This document shows, one piece after another, positions 21,914-32,328 of a stretch of 64,000 nt of DNA; position 1 is the stretch's first letter, and each line of letters begins with the position of its first letter. The translations under genes and the position numbers were made by a program. The DNA comes from Candidatus Eiseniibacteriota bacterium (lineage in GTDB: Bacteria > Eisenbacteria > RBG-16-71-46 > JABDJR01), in NCBI GenBank assembly GCA_963762255.1, contig CAVXKA010000001.1, positions 1,408,001-1,472,000 of the forward strand. Direction: 5' to 3'. Below the pieces are notes generated by a model, which saw nothing but the letters and a program-made list of their open reading frames with translations, searched no databases and was not told where the DNA came from.

Positions 21914-23069
21914 GTTGACCCCCGCGCGCACCGCAGGGTTGCTGCTTCTGTGCGGAGCGATGACCGCGCTTCCGGGTCTCGCGCAGGAGACGGGCTCCAC
22001 ATCCGCATCGACGGACACCTCCCGAGGCGAGCACCGGCTACGCAAGATCACGCTCAATCTGGCCGACAAGGACACGAGCCTGGCTACGGTGACCATCGAT
22101 CTCGACAACGAGATGACGACCAAGTCGGCCGACCACGTCCGGTTCGGAGAGAGCATCCACGTTCGTGCGGATGAGCGCATCGACGGCGACGTGGTCTCGA
22201 TCGGCGGCAAGGTTGTTGTCGAGGGCGAGGTGACCGGCGACGCGGTGGCCGTCGGCGGTCGGGTCGAAATCGCGGACGGGGCGAAGGTGCAGGGGGACGT
22301 TGTCTCGGTCGGTGGCAGCGTTTCGATCGGGGACTCCGCCCAGGTCTTCGGCGATGCGGTGAGCGTATGGGGGGGATTGGACATTGCCTCGACCGCGAAG
22401 GTCTCCGGCGAGCAGGTCCAGGTGGGGGGACTTGGGTTCGCGCCCAAGATGGGACTTCCCTTCGGCATCGCGAAGCACGACTCGGGGCATGATGTCTGGA
22501 GCTTCGTGGGGCGCGCCGTCTGGGCACTGGTGCTCACGGGTCTTGGTGTCCTCGCCTACACCCTCTTCCCGGCACGGATGCGGCGCCTCTCAGGCACCTG
22601 CGAGTCGCGAGGGTTTGTTGCATTCCTCGCCGGCTTCGCCGGGCTCATCCTCTGGTTGCCGGCCTTCATCCTCCTCTGCGTGACCATCATCGGGATCCCG
22701 GTGGCGCTCCTTCTCATCTTCTTGACACCGGTTGCCATGCTCCTTGGATACCTCGCGGTGGCGGAGGCTGCCGGGCGGCGCCTGCTGCGCGGACGCAGCG
22801 CCTCCGCACCCAGCATAGCGATGACGATCGGCGCGGGCGTCCTGGCTCTGGAGGGGATCCTGCTCGTCTCGCGGCTCCTGGGGGTCTTCGGATCCTCGTT
22901 CGGTGTGCTCGGTTCGATTCTCGGCCTGATCGGTTGGTCCGTGATCGCCATAGCGGCGACCATAGGCTTCGGCGCATTCCTCATGACGCGATTCCGCGCC
23001 GAGCGCGAGCCGATCGTGCCCGCCGCTACGACCGTCCCCCCGAGCCCGACGCCTCCACCGGCGTTCTAG
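21885..23069 (+). CDS. Membrane protein with bactofilin-like beta-helix repeats
   Basis: Signal peptide, repeated GDVVSIGG/GDAVAVGG units and several C-terminal TM helices. Confidence 0.8.
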   Translation: MFLMSLSLSRLTPARTAGLLLLCGAMTALPGLAQETGSTSASTDTSRGEHRLRKITLNLADKDTSLATVTIDLDNEMTTKSADHVRFGESIHVRADERIDGDVVSIGGKVVVEGEVTGDAVAVGGRVEIADGAKVQGDVVSVGGSVSIGDSAQVFGDAVSVWGGLDIASTAKVSGEQVQVGGLGFAPKMGLPFGIAKHDSGHDVWSFVGRAVWALVLTGLGVLAYTLFPARMRRLSGTCESRGFVAFLAGFAGLILWLPAFILLCVTIIGIPVALLLIFLTPVAMLLGYLAVAEAAGRRLLRGRSASAPSIAMTIGAGVLALEGILLVSRLLGVFGSSFGVLGSILGLIGWSVIAIAATIGFGAFLMTRFRAEREPIVPAATTVPPSPTPPPAF

Positions 23070-23078
23070 GCGTCGCAC

Positions 23079-23921
23079 ATGCTATCGCGCCGGGTTTCGC
23101 TTGCCCGAGTGGCGGCACTTGCCGTCCTCGCGGCGGGCGCTGGCGGGCCGGCCACGCTCGGCGCTGCGGTGATCGATGTCCCGCACCAGGAGCGGACGAT
23201 CGCCTCGGCGATGCTCCGCGCCTCGCCGGGCGACACGATCACTGTCGAACCCGGTCGCTACTTCGGTCCCATCACGCTCAAGTCCAACGTGCGTCTCGTC
23301 GGCGTGCGCGGTCCCGCCCAGACCACGCTGATCCTGGATGCGCCGGAGCCTGTGTTGCGGTCCTTCGGCGGGGGCCCCGCCACCGCCCTCGTCGGTTTCA
23401 CCCTCCGCGGATCGGGGACGGGGGTCGAGATCGGAATGGGTGCGGTTCAGATCTGGGACTGCCGATTCGAAGGCGAGCTTGCGGTGGGGCTGCTCTGCTC
23501 CACGGGAAGCAGCGCCCGCGTCTTCGCCTGCGAGTTCGAGGATCTGCCGGCCGGCGTCGAAGTCCGGCCCGGCGCCGATCTGCTCATGATGCGCAACGTC
23601 CTGACCGGGAACACGGTGGGATTGCGGATAGGCGCAGAACACGTGCGCGTGTATCGCAATGAGTTCGTGAGGAACGACGTCGCCATCGATGTGATGGAAG
23701 CGGGAGCCGCGGAGGTGGGAGGGGCGCTCCGCGAGGCGAACCTGTTCCTCGGGAGCCGAAGCCTCTCCCTGCGCAATCGAGGGCAGAAACCGCTCGTAGC
23801 CACCCTCAACTATTGGGGTACGATAGACTGTGACAGCGTGGCGGCGAGGGTGGAGGGGCCGGTGGTCTATCTCCCCATGGCGGTGGAGAGCCGCGCGGAC
23901 AGTCTGGGCGCCTGCCCCTAG
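23079..23921 (+). CDS. Secreted right-handed beta-helix (pectin-lyase-like) protein
   Basis: Signal peptide; TIASAM...PGDTITVEPGRY; ATLNYWG. Confidence 0.75.
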   Translation: MLSRRVSLARVAALAVLAAGAGGPATLGAAVIDVPHQERTIASAMLRASPGDTITVEPGRYFGPITLKSNVRLVGVRGPAQTTLILDAPEPVLRSFGGGPATALVGFTLRGSGTGVEIGMGAVQIWDCRFEGELAVGLLCSTGSSARVFACEFEDLPAGVEVRPGADLLMMRNVLTGNTVGLRIGAEHVRVYRNEFVRNDVAIDVMEAGAAEVGGALREANLFLGSRSLSLRNRGQKPLVATLNYWGTIDCDSVAARVEGPVVYLPMAVESRADSLGACP

Positions 23922-24092
23922 ATCTGCGAACCCTCACCCAGGGAATTGGGTCAAATCTCTCTTCAGGCTGCTGTCAACCACGCCAGCCGGCGCGCGTGCG
24001 AGCGACCCACCGAGCGACTATCTTCATTCCGAGCAATGGACTACGGGCATTTCCCGCGCTCCCTGCTCGGGCGTCCGAGGGTGCATTCTGCA

Positions 24093-24108
24093 TGGCACAC
24101 GACTTGCG
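24093..24108 (+). promoter_or_regulatory. sigma54 -24/-12 promoter
   Basis: TGGCACACGACTTGCG matches TGGCAC-N5-TTGC perfectly. Confidence 0.8.
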
Positions 24109-24120
24109 GATAGGGAGGGC

Positions 24121-25164
24121 ATGACGGTGCAGCGCGTCCCCTCTATCAGCCTCTCGTTCACCAGCGCCTCGCGCGGGCGAGGCCCGCGTCGAGCGATCCT
24201 CGCTGCCGTCGCGGGTCTGGTCCTTGCGGCCCCTGCTGCCGCCGCGGTGACCGTTCATACCCCCGATGAGGTTCTCGCGCGGTGGACGGTGCGCTCCGGG
24301 GACGCGCTCTATTTTCGCGGCCCCCACGACGAGAGCTGGGCCTTCATCACCGACATCAATGATCCGGCGATTCTCAATCGGGGGCAGGGAGCGTTCTTCC
24401 CGGTCGATCCGACCCTGGTGCAGGAAGCGCTCGACGCCGTGACCTTCCCGATCTCCAACTTGACGGTGGACGTCTACATTCTTCCTTATCCCCGCCGGGA
24501 CCTCATCCCTTCGAGCGCGAACGGGAACTCCGTGTTCCTCTCGCCGGGAGTGGCCCCGGTTTCTGTCAACCATGTGCACGCGCTGGTCGGGCACGAACTG
24601 GGTCACGTGGTTCACAACGAGCTCCTGCCCGACGACGAGGGGCCGGAGTGGGCGAAGTACCGGCAGATCAGAGGCATCGAGGACACGTCGATCTACAACG
24701 ACGGCGCCATGCACCGGAACCGCCCACACGAGATCTTCGCCGAGGACTTCCGGTATCTGTTCGGGGGCGCCGAGGCCAACTACTCCAACAGCATCGAGAA
24801 CCCGAACCTGCCGTTGCCGTCTCATGTACCCGGGCTCCGGGATTTCATGTTCGCGTTGAGCGGCGCGTCGACCGTGGGCCAGGAGCCCTTCGAGTCGCCG
24901 TCCCTCGCCCTCTATCCCAATCCCGCCCGCGCGCGGGTCTCGATCGCGCTCGACTCGGCGGTCCCGGTCGACGGGCGACCGGTGACGGTCAGCATCTTCG
25001 ACGTGACCGGACGACTGGTGGCCCACCGGGATCATCCTTCCGATCTCCGGATGGAATGGGACGGGCGCCTCGATGAAGGCGGCCTCGCCGGCGCCGGAGT
25101 CTACTTCGTACGGGTCCGGCGCGGCACCGAGTCCTACACCGGCCGCATCCTCATCGCTCGCTGA
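24121..25164 (+). CDS. Secreted HExxH metallopeptidase-like protein with FlgD/T9SS-type C-terminal domain
   Basis: HELGH and EIFAEDF; C-terminal YPNPA...IFDVTGR...WDG...GVYFVR. Confidence 0.85.
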   Translation: MTVQRVPSISLSFTSASRGRGPRRAILAAVAGLVLAAPAAAAVTVHTPDEVLARWTVRSGDALYFRGPHDESWAFITDINDPAILNRGQGAFFPVDPTLVQEALDAVTFPISNLTVDVYILPYPRRDLIPSSANGNSVFLSPGVAPVSVNHVHALVGHELGHVVHNELLPDDEGPEWAKYRQIRGIEDTSIYNDGAMHRNRPHEIFAEDFRYLFGGAEANYSNSIENPNLPLPSHVPGLRDFMFALSGASTVGQEPFESPSLALYPNPARARVSIALDSAVPVDGRPVTVSIFDVTGRLVAHRDHPSDLRMEWDGRLDEGGLAGAGVYFVRVRRGTESYTGRILIAR

Positions 25165-25209
25165 CCGGGTTCTCGAAAGGTCGCCGGCCCTCGCGGCGAT
25201 CCAACTCCG

Positions 25210-25856
25210 TCACGGCGTGGGATTCGGAATGAAGCGCTCGCTTCGCCCCTCCGCGCTCCGATCCCCCAGTCCGCTCAGATCGACCGCCATGTTCGCCACC
25301 GCCTTGGGAACGCCCAAGAGCCGCCGCCGCCGCGCCCCTTGGTGACGTCTCCGGACACCCACGCGTCGATCTTCTCCAGGTCATCGATGTCGAGGGGCTT
25401 GAGCGTGGCTTTGACGGAGAGGTAGTAGCCCTTGCCCGCGTCGAACCGGGAGGCGGGACCGAGTGGCACTTCGTAGGCCCGCTCGAGATAGACCCGCAAC
25501 TCCTCCCGATCGGGGAGCAGGATGAGGGTGCCGTCGGGCTTCACGACCTCGTAGGTGCCCCACCAGACATCCCGCCGAAAGCGGTACGTGTAGACCTCGG
25601 TGTGCACCAGCGCGTCCCACCACCCGGAGCGATCGCGCCAGAGATCGACGACCAGGACGAGGGTGGCGGGAATCCCCTCGCCGACCGTGCTGTCGGCCTC
25701 GTCCACCACGCCCGTCACGAGAAACGCAGCCACCAGCGAGGCGGTCCCGGGGACCGGCAGATCCACACGCACACCGAGTCCCGCCCGCGCCGGCGCCGTC
25801 CAGACGATGGACAGTCCCAACGCCATCATGCACGCAGCACGCGATCCCGGCCCCAT
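25210..25856 (-). CDS. DUF4390-like periplasmic protein with an apparent 1-nt frameshift near 25320
   Basis: Signal peptide and DLWRDRSGWWD. After GGGG, a shifted frame continues plausibly as LGVPKAVANMAVDLSGLGD...NPTP-stop. Confidence 0.6.
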
Positions 25857-25870
25857 CGATCCTCCCGACG

Positions 25871-27238
25871 TTAGAACGAATTGCGGAACCGCACCGACAC
25901 CTTCACTTCGGCGTCGGCGCGATTCACGTTGCGGGCGGCGAGCACGGTGATGCCCTCCTCCCCGGCGGAGAGTCCTACACCCACGTCGACGGGAACCCGC
26001 TGGTCCTTCAGCGATCCACGGTCCCAGGCCGTTCCCGCGTCCGCGAACACCAGAGCCCGGATCTCGTCGCGGATCGAGAAGGCATACTCGAGATTTGCCA
26101 GCGCTACTCGATTTCCTCGCAACTCGCGGTAGTTGTGGCCGCGGAGCGTGCCGAGGCCGCCGATGGCGTACTGCAGTTGCACGGGAAGCGCGTCACCGGT
26201 CGCCTCGGCGGGCGGTGGAAGGGACCGCGAAGCCCCCGAGCCGGCCAGGAGGCGCGTGGAGACGGTTTGTCTCGGCGAGAGCCGAAAGTAGGTGCGCAGG
26301 TCCGCGGTGACTTTCCAGAGATCGAAGTCGCCGCCGAGCCCGGCATCCCCGCGCTCGTAGACGATGCGGTGCCGGTACTCCACGCCCCTCCAACTCGAGC
26401 GAGGAAAGAAATCGTCGCCCGGGCCGTCCCCGCGGGGGCGCGTGTCATACGCGGCGCTCACGTCGATGCCGCGGTAATCCCCCTCGGGGATCGCCGGGTT
26501 GGGGCGGAACTCCGCGTCCTGGCGATAAACCGACCAATCGGTCTCCTCCCGGAGCGACCGTTCTTCCTGCAAGGTCATCCCGACCGAGATTCTCAGATCC
26601 TCGTCGGCAACGGCGGCAAGAAACACGCGCCCTCCCTCGGTCTCGTACCAGTCTCGATAGTCGCGATGGAGGAAGAAGGTGCTCGCCGAGTTCTCGCCGT
26701 CGCCGATGGCCTCGTCACCGTAGAAGAAGGGGAGCACGCTGCGGTAGGCGTCGAGGCCGATTGACGCGGTGCCGTCACCGATCAGCGGCTGCTCCATGCC
26801 GAGTCCGTACCACCCGCGCCGCGCGGCGAAGCCGTATCCGAAGCCGGCATGATAGCCGGGGAGCCATCCCTTCGGATCCATGCCCCGCCTCACCTCTCCG
26901 TAGACGGCGAGTCCCTGAACACGGTTGTATCGCAGTGACGGACGGAAGACGGTGGGGTGCTTCTCACCCCACTCGAACTCGGGATCGAAGGAGATGCGTC
27001 GTCTGCGCGGAGATGTTTCCTCGGGCGCCGACGTGCTGTCGGAGAGAAACTCCAGGCGCACGGGCGGCGCCCCGGATGGTAGGGAGTCAGGCGGAGCCGT
27101 CTGCGCGCTCGTCGGATCGATCCGGCCCACGCCAGCGATAACCAGCGCGGCAAGGAGCATCTTCGCGGTGCGGGAACTCGGAAGCCGATGCCGGGCCCGC
27201 GGCAAGCGAGAGAGCGGGCGCCACGTGATCGGTGTCAT
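25871..27238 (-). CDS. BamA/TamA-family outer-membrane beta-barrel protein
   Basis: RYNRVQG, GGLGTLRGH, FADAGTAW and a C-terminal Phe. Confidence 0.85.
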   Translation of the reverse strand: MTPITWRPLSRLPRARHRLPSSRTAKMLLAALVIAGVGRIDPTSAQTAPPDSLPSGAPPVRLEFLSDSTSAPEETSPRRRRISFDPEFEWGEKHPTVFRPSLRYNRVQGLAVYGEVRRGMDPKGWLPGYHAGFGYGFAARRGWYGLGMEQPLIGDGTASIGLDAYRSVLPFFYGDEAIGDGENSASTFFLHRDYRDWYETEGGRVFLAAVADEDLRISVGMTLQEERSLREETDWSVYRQDAEFRPNPAIPEGDYRGIDVSAAYDTRPRGDGPGDDFFPRSSWRGVEYRHRIVYERGDAGLGGDFDLWKVTADLRTYFRLSPRQTVSTRLLAGSGASRSLPPPAEATGDALPVQLQYAIGGLGTLRGHNYRELRGNRVALANLEYAFSIRDEIRALVFADAGTAWDRGSLKDQRVPVDVGVGLSAGEEGITVLAARNVNRADAEVKVSVRFRNSF

Positions 27239-27290
27239 GGTCAATCCCCCCGGGAGCGAGCCCACCCCGCTCCGTCTTCCGGCCCCGCAG

Positions 27291-27306
27291 AGCAAGCACC
27301 GTTCCA
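27291..27306 (-). promoter_or_regulatory. sigma54 -24/-12 promoter for the BamA-like gene
   Basis: Minus strand reads TGGAACGGTGCTTGCT (one mismatch, correct GG-N10-GC spacing). Confidence 0.65.
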
Positions 27307-27436
27307 TCGCATCGTTCGGCACCGGGTCACGCAATCCCTTGTCGGACAACAGGCGCCCGAGCCGCGCAGCATTCTCTTTGCGACCGGCGCGCTCGGAAGA
27401 TGAGGCCGCAGCGCCACGCCCTGTGGCCCTGCGGTC

Positions 27437-28846
27437 TCACCCGCGCCGCTCGATGCCGAGGCGGCGCATCTTGCGGTGGAGGTTGGCGCGGTCGATCCCG
27501 AGCGTGCGCGCGGCCTGGCTCACGTTCCACCCCGCCTTGGCCAGTTCGGCCTCGAGGATCTGCCGCTCGGCGCCGTCGAGGAGGTGCTTCAGGAGATCCC
27601 CACCGCTCTCGCCCTCCGCTCCTTCGGCGTGCGCGCCGCCCAGCCCGGCGAGCCCGGGATCCTCGCCGCAGAGCGTGAGCACCTCCGCGGGGCCGATCGC
27701 ATCATCCACCGCCATGATCACCAGCCGCTCGACCACGTTGCGCAGCTCGCGCACGTTTCCCGGCCAGGACGCTCGGCTCAAGAGGCGCGTCGCGTCCGCG
27801 GTGAGCCTCACCTTCGGCCGCCCGTACTCGCGACGGAAGTAGGTGAGATAGTGCTCGGCAAGGAGCGAAATGTCCTCGGTGCGCTCGCGCAACGGAGGGA
27901 CCGTGATCGGGAGCACGTTCAGCCGGTAGAAGAGATCGCGGCGGAACCGGCCCTCGGCGACCTCTTGATGGAGATCCTTGTTCGTGGCGGCGATGATGCG
28001 GGCGTCGAACGTGAGGGTTCGGGTTCCACCCACGCGCTCGAACTCGCTCGATTCGAGCGCGCGCAGCAGCTTGGCCTGAGCCTCGTGGCTCATGTCGCCG
28101 ATCTCGTCGAGGAAGAGCGTTCCGCCGTGCGCGAGTTCGAGCTTGCCGCGCTTGAGCGCGGAGGCTCCGGTGAACGCGCCTTTCTCGTGGCCGAAGAGTT
28201 CGCTCTCCACGAGATCCTTGGGAATCGCCGCGCAGTTGAGCCGCACGAAGGTGCCGTCTCGCCGCGCGCTCAGGTCGTGGATGGCGCGGGCCACCAACTC
28301 CTTCCCCACGCCGTTCTCGCCGAGGATGAGCACCTTGGCCGGCGTGGGCGCCGCGCGCTGAACCGCCTCGCGGAGCTGGTGCATGATCGCACTGTCTCCC
28401 ACGATCTGATGGAGCGCCCCGCGCTCCTCGCGCAAGGCCAGATTCTGGCGGCGCAAGGCGGCCATGCGGAACGCCCGGTCGAGCGTGATGCCGAGCCGCT
28501 CCGGTGTGAAGCCCTTCTCGAGGAAGTCGAATGCGCCGAGGCGCACCGCCTCTACCGCCAGCTCGATGGTGCCGTGCCCACTCATCATCACGAACGGGAT
28601 CTCCTCGACGAGGTCGGCTCGCCGTTGGAGAAAGGCCACTCCGTCTTCCCCGGGCATCCGCACGTCGAGCAGCACCAGGTCCACCGGGTTCCCGTCGCGG
28701 GTCAACGATTTCTCGATGGCGGCGGTGTCCGCTGCCTCGATCACGCGATACCCCTCATCGGTCAGGAACTCCACCAGCGACTTGCGGACGCGCGGCTCGT
28801 CGTCCACCACGAGCACGGTCTTGCGGAGTTCGTCGATCTCGTTCAT
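27437..28846 (-). CDS. sigma54-dependent response regulator (NtrX/NtrC family)
   Basis: Receiver VLVVDDE/LLDVRMP; GENGVGKE, GAFTGA, WPGNVRELRN; Fis-type HTH. Confidence 0.95.
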   Translation of the reverse strand: MNEIDELRKTVLVVDDEPRVRKSLVEFLTDEGYRVIEAADTAAIEKSLTRDGNPVDLVLLDVRMPGEDGVAFLQRRADLVEEIPFVMMSGHGTIELAVEAVRLGAFDFLEKGFTPERLGITLDRAFRMAALRRQNLALREERGALHQIVGDSAIMHQLREAVQRAAPTPAKVLILGENGVGKELVARAIHDLSARRDGTFVRLNCAAIPKDLVESELFGHEKGAFTGASALKRGKLELAHGGTLFLDEIGDMSHEAQAKLLRALESSEFERVGGTRTLTFDARIIAATNKDLHQEVAEGRFRRDLFYRLNVLPITVPPLRERTEDISLLAEHYLTYFRREYGRPKVRLTADATRLLSRASWPGNVRELRNVVERLVIMAVDDAIGPAEVLTLCGEDPGLAGLGGAHAEGAEGESGGDLLKHLLDGAERQILEAELAKAGWNVSQAARTLGIDRANLHRKMRRLGIERRG

Positions 28847-30405
28847 GAAGCCTCCGAGCGCCGGCCGGCGCCTTCCGGGTTCGATCCGCCTCCCGCCGCG
28901 GGGAGCATGAGAACGACGCGAGCGCCGCCGCCGGGCCGATCCTGGAGTTCCATCGAGCCTCCGTGCTGGAGCATGGTGCGCTGCACCAGGCTCAGGCCCA
29001 GCCCGGTGCCCTGTTCCTTGGTCGTGAAGTAGGGCTCGAGCATGGTCTCTCGCGCGCCCGGAGGCCAGCCGGGGCCGTCGTCGTCGATCGTGATTCGCAC
29101 GCGGCCGGGCGCCTCGTCCAGCCCGATCCATACCTGCCCGCTCTCTCCGGCGGCCTCGGCTGCGTTCTTGAGGATGTTGCCGAGCGCCTGACGCAGGAGC
29201 GTGCGATCGGCGCGCGACCATGCCGGTTCTGCGGGAGGCGACCAGTGGATCCGAAGGGTTCCGGTGAGACCTTCCACCGCCCCGGCGACGACCTCGCGCA
29301 GGTCGACTCGGGTCGCTTCGACCATGGGCAGGCGCGCCAGCTCGCTGAAGGATGCGGCCAGGCGCTGGAGGCCCTCCACCTCATCGCCCAGCGTATCCAA
29401 CGCGCGTCGCGCACGCTCGCGTTCGGCCTCGGGCAGATCCGGCGTGAGTTTCCGCAACCGGTGGAGGGAGAACGTAACCGGGGTCAGTGCGTTCTTCATC
29501 TCGTGGGCCACGCGGCGCGCCACCTCCTGCCAGGCGCTCAGCCGCTCGGCGCTCGCGAGGTCGCGACGGGAGCGCGAGAGCTCCGCGCTCATGGCGTTGA
29601 AGGTCTGGATGAGCCGCTCCACCTCGCGGCTTCCCTCCGGCCCGACCCGCACCCCTTCCTCGCCGAGGGCCACCCGCTCCATGCCGTCGGCGAGGTTGGC
29701 CACCGGCCGGCTCACGCGCATCGCCAGCCGCCGGGCGGTCCAGGCGGAGCCGAGCCCGAGGAACGCGACGGTGAACGCAACCGTGAGCATCAGTGCGCTC
29801 CGATTGACGCGCTTCAGCACGGCGAGCTGCCGATAGTACGCGACCCCCTGAGACAGCCGGTCGAGCCGGGCGTAGAACTCGGGTTCGAGATAGATGCCGG
29901 CCACGAGGATGGCGTTGTTCTGGCCGGGCTCCCCCGCGAAGCCCGCGTAGACAAGCAGGCCTCGGGCGGCCTCCTCCAGGAACGGCTGATCCGAGGCGGC
30001 GAGACGGACGACCGACGAGAGCGTTCCGACGGGATCGATCAGCGGGTCGCGCGTGACCTCGAGCTGGAGGACTCCCTCGGCGTCATAGAGCTGCATGAAG
30101 TCGATGTTGTAGGCGCTGGCGAGGCGGGCGCGCAGCGCCGCCGGATCGGCGGGCGGCCCGAGAGCGGGATCCGCGACCAGCAACTGGCCGCGCTGGCGCA
30201 GATCGTTGCGCGTGCGGGTGAGGAGATCGCGCGCGACTTCAATGCTCCCTTCGAGCGCGCTCTGCACTCCCGGGTTCTCCCAGCGCTCGAGAGAAGCCAG
30301 GAGCCGATGGGTGGCGAGTGCGGTGAGCGTGAGAGAAGGGAGCAGGGTCAGCACAAGGAAGAGGAGCATGAGCTGCCCCCCCAGCGTACGCGGCGCCATG
30401 GCCAT
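28843..30405 (-). CDS. HAMP sensor histidine kinase (NtrY-like)
   Basis: Two TM helices, HAMP domain, ARRVAHEMKNALTP, NILKNA, DDGPG and GTGLGL. Confidence 0.93.
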   Translation of the reverse strand: MAMAPRTLGGQLMLLFLVLTLLPSLTLTALATHRLLASLERWENPGVQSALEGSIEVARDLLTRTRNDLRQRGQLLVADPALGPPADPAALRARLASAYNIDFMQLYDAEGVLQLEVTRDPLIDPVGTLSSVVRLAASDQPFLEEAARGLLVYAGFAGEPGQNNAILVAGIYLEPEFYARLDRLSQGVAYYRQLAVLKRVNRSALMLTVAFTVAFLGLGSAWTARRLAMRVSRPVANLADGMERVALGEEGVRVGPEGSREVERLIQTFNAMSAELSRSRRDLASAERLSAWQEVARRVAHEMKNALTPVTFSLHRLRKLTPDLPEAERERARRALDTLGDEVEGLQRLAASFSELARLPMVEATRVDLREVVAGAVEGLTGTLRIHWSPPAEPAWSRADRTLLRQALGNILKNAAEAAGESGQVWIGLDEAPGRVRITIDDDGPGWPPGARETMLEPYFTTKEQGTGLGLSLVQRTMLQHGGSMELQDRPGGGARVVLMLPAAGGGSNPEGAGRRSEAS

Positions 30406-30423
30406 GATCGGTCGCTCGCTCCC

Positions 30424-31485
30424 TTAGGGCGCGGCAGCCTCCTTCCCCTGAACCTGATCGTACCCGAGCTGACCGCAGGCGGCCAGGATGTCGAGCCCCT
30501 TCGAGTAGCGCACGGTGACGGTGGTCCGGTAGGGCCAGAGCCGCCGCGCGAAGGTATCCACCTCGGCCTCGGTGGGGCGCTCGAAGGGGAAGAGCGGCGA
30601 CGGGTTGAACGGAATCACGTTGAGCTTGGAAGGGAATCGCTCGGCGATTCTGCCCAGCCGCTCGGCGTCTTCCTGCGTGTCGTTGAGACCCCGGATGAGC
30701 ACGTACTCCAGCGTCACGCGCCGCCGCGAGGCCTTGGTGTACGTCTCCATGGCGGAAATGAGCGCCTCGATGGGGTACTTGCGGGTGACCGGCATGAGCG
30801 TTTCCCGCACTTCATTCGTGGTCGCGTTGAGCGACAGGGCGAGCCCCACCGAGGGATGGATCTCGGCGAGCCGCAAGATGCCGGGGACCACCCCCACCGT
30901 CGAGATCGTGATCCGCTTGCCTGAGATCTTGAGGCCCAACGGATCCTGGATGATCTCGATCGCCTTGAACACCGCGTCGAGGTTGTCCATCGGCTCGCCC
31001 ATCCCCATCGCCACCAGGTTCACCGCCTGGTGGGGGTCGAGACGGAGCTGCTTGAGATGAAACACCTGGGCCACGATCTCTCCGGGCGTGAGATTGCGGA
31101 GCTTGCCCATCCTGCCGGTGATGCAGAAGGCGCAGCGGAACGCGCAACCCACCTGGGTGGAGAAGCAGATCGTCTCTCCGTAATCGGCCTGCATGAGCAC
31201 GCTTTCGATCTTCATGCCGTCGCGCAGGCGCCAGAGGAACTTCGTGGCGGCGCCGTCACCGCTCACGAGCTGGCTGGCCGGCTCCAATCCCTGGAGATTC
31301 ACCAGGCTCGCCAACTCGCGGCGGAGGGGTTTCGGGAGATCGGTCATGGCCTCGAAGTCGAGGAGCCCCCGCTGGTACACGTTGGCGAAGATCTGCCGAG
31401 CCCGAAAGCGCGGCTGGCCGTGGTCCTCGAACCACTGCTCAAGCTCGGGGCGAGTCTGGTTGTAGAAGTCGAGGCGGTCGGTCAT
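30424..31485 (-). CDS. rlmN: 23S rRNA/tRNA m2A methyltransferase RlmN
   Basis: CAFRCAFC, MGMGEP and AACGQL. Confidence 0.97.
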   Translation of the reverse strand: MTDRLDFYNQTRPELEQWFEDHGQPRFRARQIFANVYQRGLLDFEAMTDLPKPLRRELASLVNLQGLEPASQLVSGDGAATKFLWRLRDGMKIESVLMQADYGETICFSTQVGCAFRCAFCITGRMGKLRNLTPGEIVAQVFHLKQLRLDPHQAVNLVAMGMGEPMDNLDAVFKAIEIIQDPLGLKISGKRITISTVGVVPGILRLAEIHPSVGLALSLNATTNEVRETLMPVTRKYPIEALISAMETYTKASRRRVTLEYVLIRGLNDTQEDAERLGRIAERFPSKLNVIPFNPSPLFPFERPTEAEVDTFARRLWPYRTTVTVRYSKGLDILAACGQLGYDQVQGKEAAAP

Positions 31486-31626
31486 AGGGGATTGTGGGCC
31501 GGTGCTCAGCAGTCGGCGCGGAGCGAGATGCCCGCAGCCCAGGACAGCCGACCGGGACGGAACAGCCTAGCAACTTTCCGAACGGGGGTCAAAACCGGGG
31601 GTTGCGGGCTGGGCTCGGGCGTGTTA

Positions 31627-31662
31627 CATATACAGACAGTCATATGAACATGTATGCATATG
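31627..31662. promoter_or_regulatory. AT-rich palindromic operator upstream of the ArsR gene
   Basis: CATATA-N8-CATATG-N10-CATATG immediately before the GGAGG RBS. Confidence 0.55.
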
Positions 31663-31671
31663 GAGGTACCC

Positions 31672-32073
31672 GTGGAACGCCAACGTGCGGTGGCACAGTT
31701 AAAAGCCCTGGGGGAACCCAATCGCCTGGACCTCTTTCTCCGACTCGCACAGGGCGAAATGGGTGGGGGTGACCTTCTGACGAGCACGGGTCTCAGCCAG
31801 CCAAGCCTCTCTCGCCATATCAGGGTACTGCGGGAGGCCGGGGTCGTCCTGGAACGATGGGTCGGGAGGAGCGCCTACTACCGTCTGTCCGACGAGCCGT
31901 TGGCCCTGAGCGTCGTGCGGATTCTCGGTGGGGTGGGCACCGCCCCGGAGGTGGAGAGGCCCTCAGTTGTCGGAAACATGTCCAAATATGAATCTGACAC
32001 CGAGCCGACCCCGGTGCGCCGCGACGAGGAGGCCCCCGCGGCGCCGGCTCCCATGGAGGACTGGCTGCTCTGA
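31672..32073 (+). CDS. ArsR/SmtB-family transcriptional regulator
   Basis: KALGEPNRL, SQPSLSRHIRVLREAG and YYRL. GTG start after GGAGG. Confidence 0.9.
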   Translation: MERQRAVAQLKALGEPNRLDLFLRLAQGEMGGGDLLTSTGLSQPSLSRHIRVLREAGVVLERWVGRSAYYRLSDEPLALSVVRILGGVGTAPEVERPSVVGNMSKYESDTEPTPVRRDEEAPAAPAPMEDWLL

Positions 32074-32328
32074 CGCCCTCGAATCCCGCCCTTCCGTGAT
32101 CACGAAACATCGTTTATACTTCTGGCAGTTCGGTGGAAACGGTTTTTCGCGATCCTGGAGATTGTGAGGGAACCGTCTTTCGCCGAAGGCTCTAGTTAGG
32201 GCGGTCCCTACCGGTGGAGGGATCCCGTCCAGGTGGCAAGACAAGACCGTCAACGTCCCAGACCGTCTTTTCTGTCCGTCCCCCCGTGAAGGCGGAGTCT
32301 GGCCGACTGTCCTATGGAGCTCTCTGAT

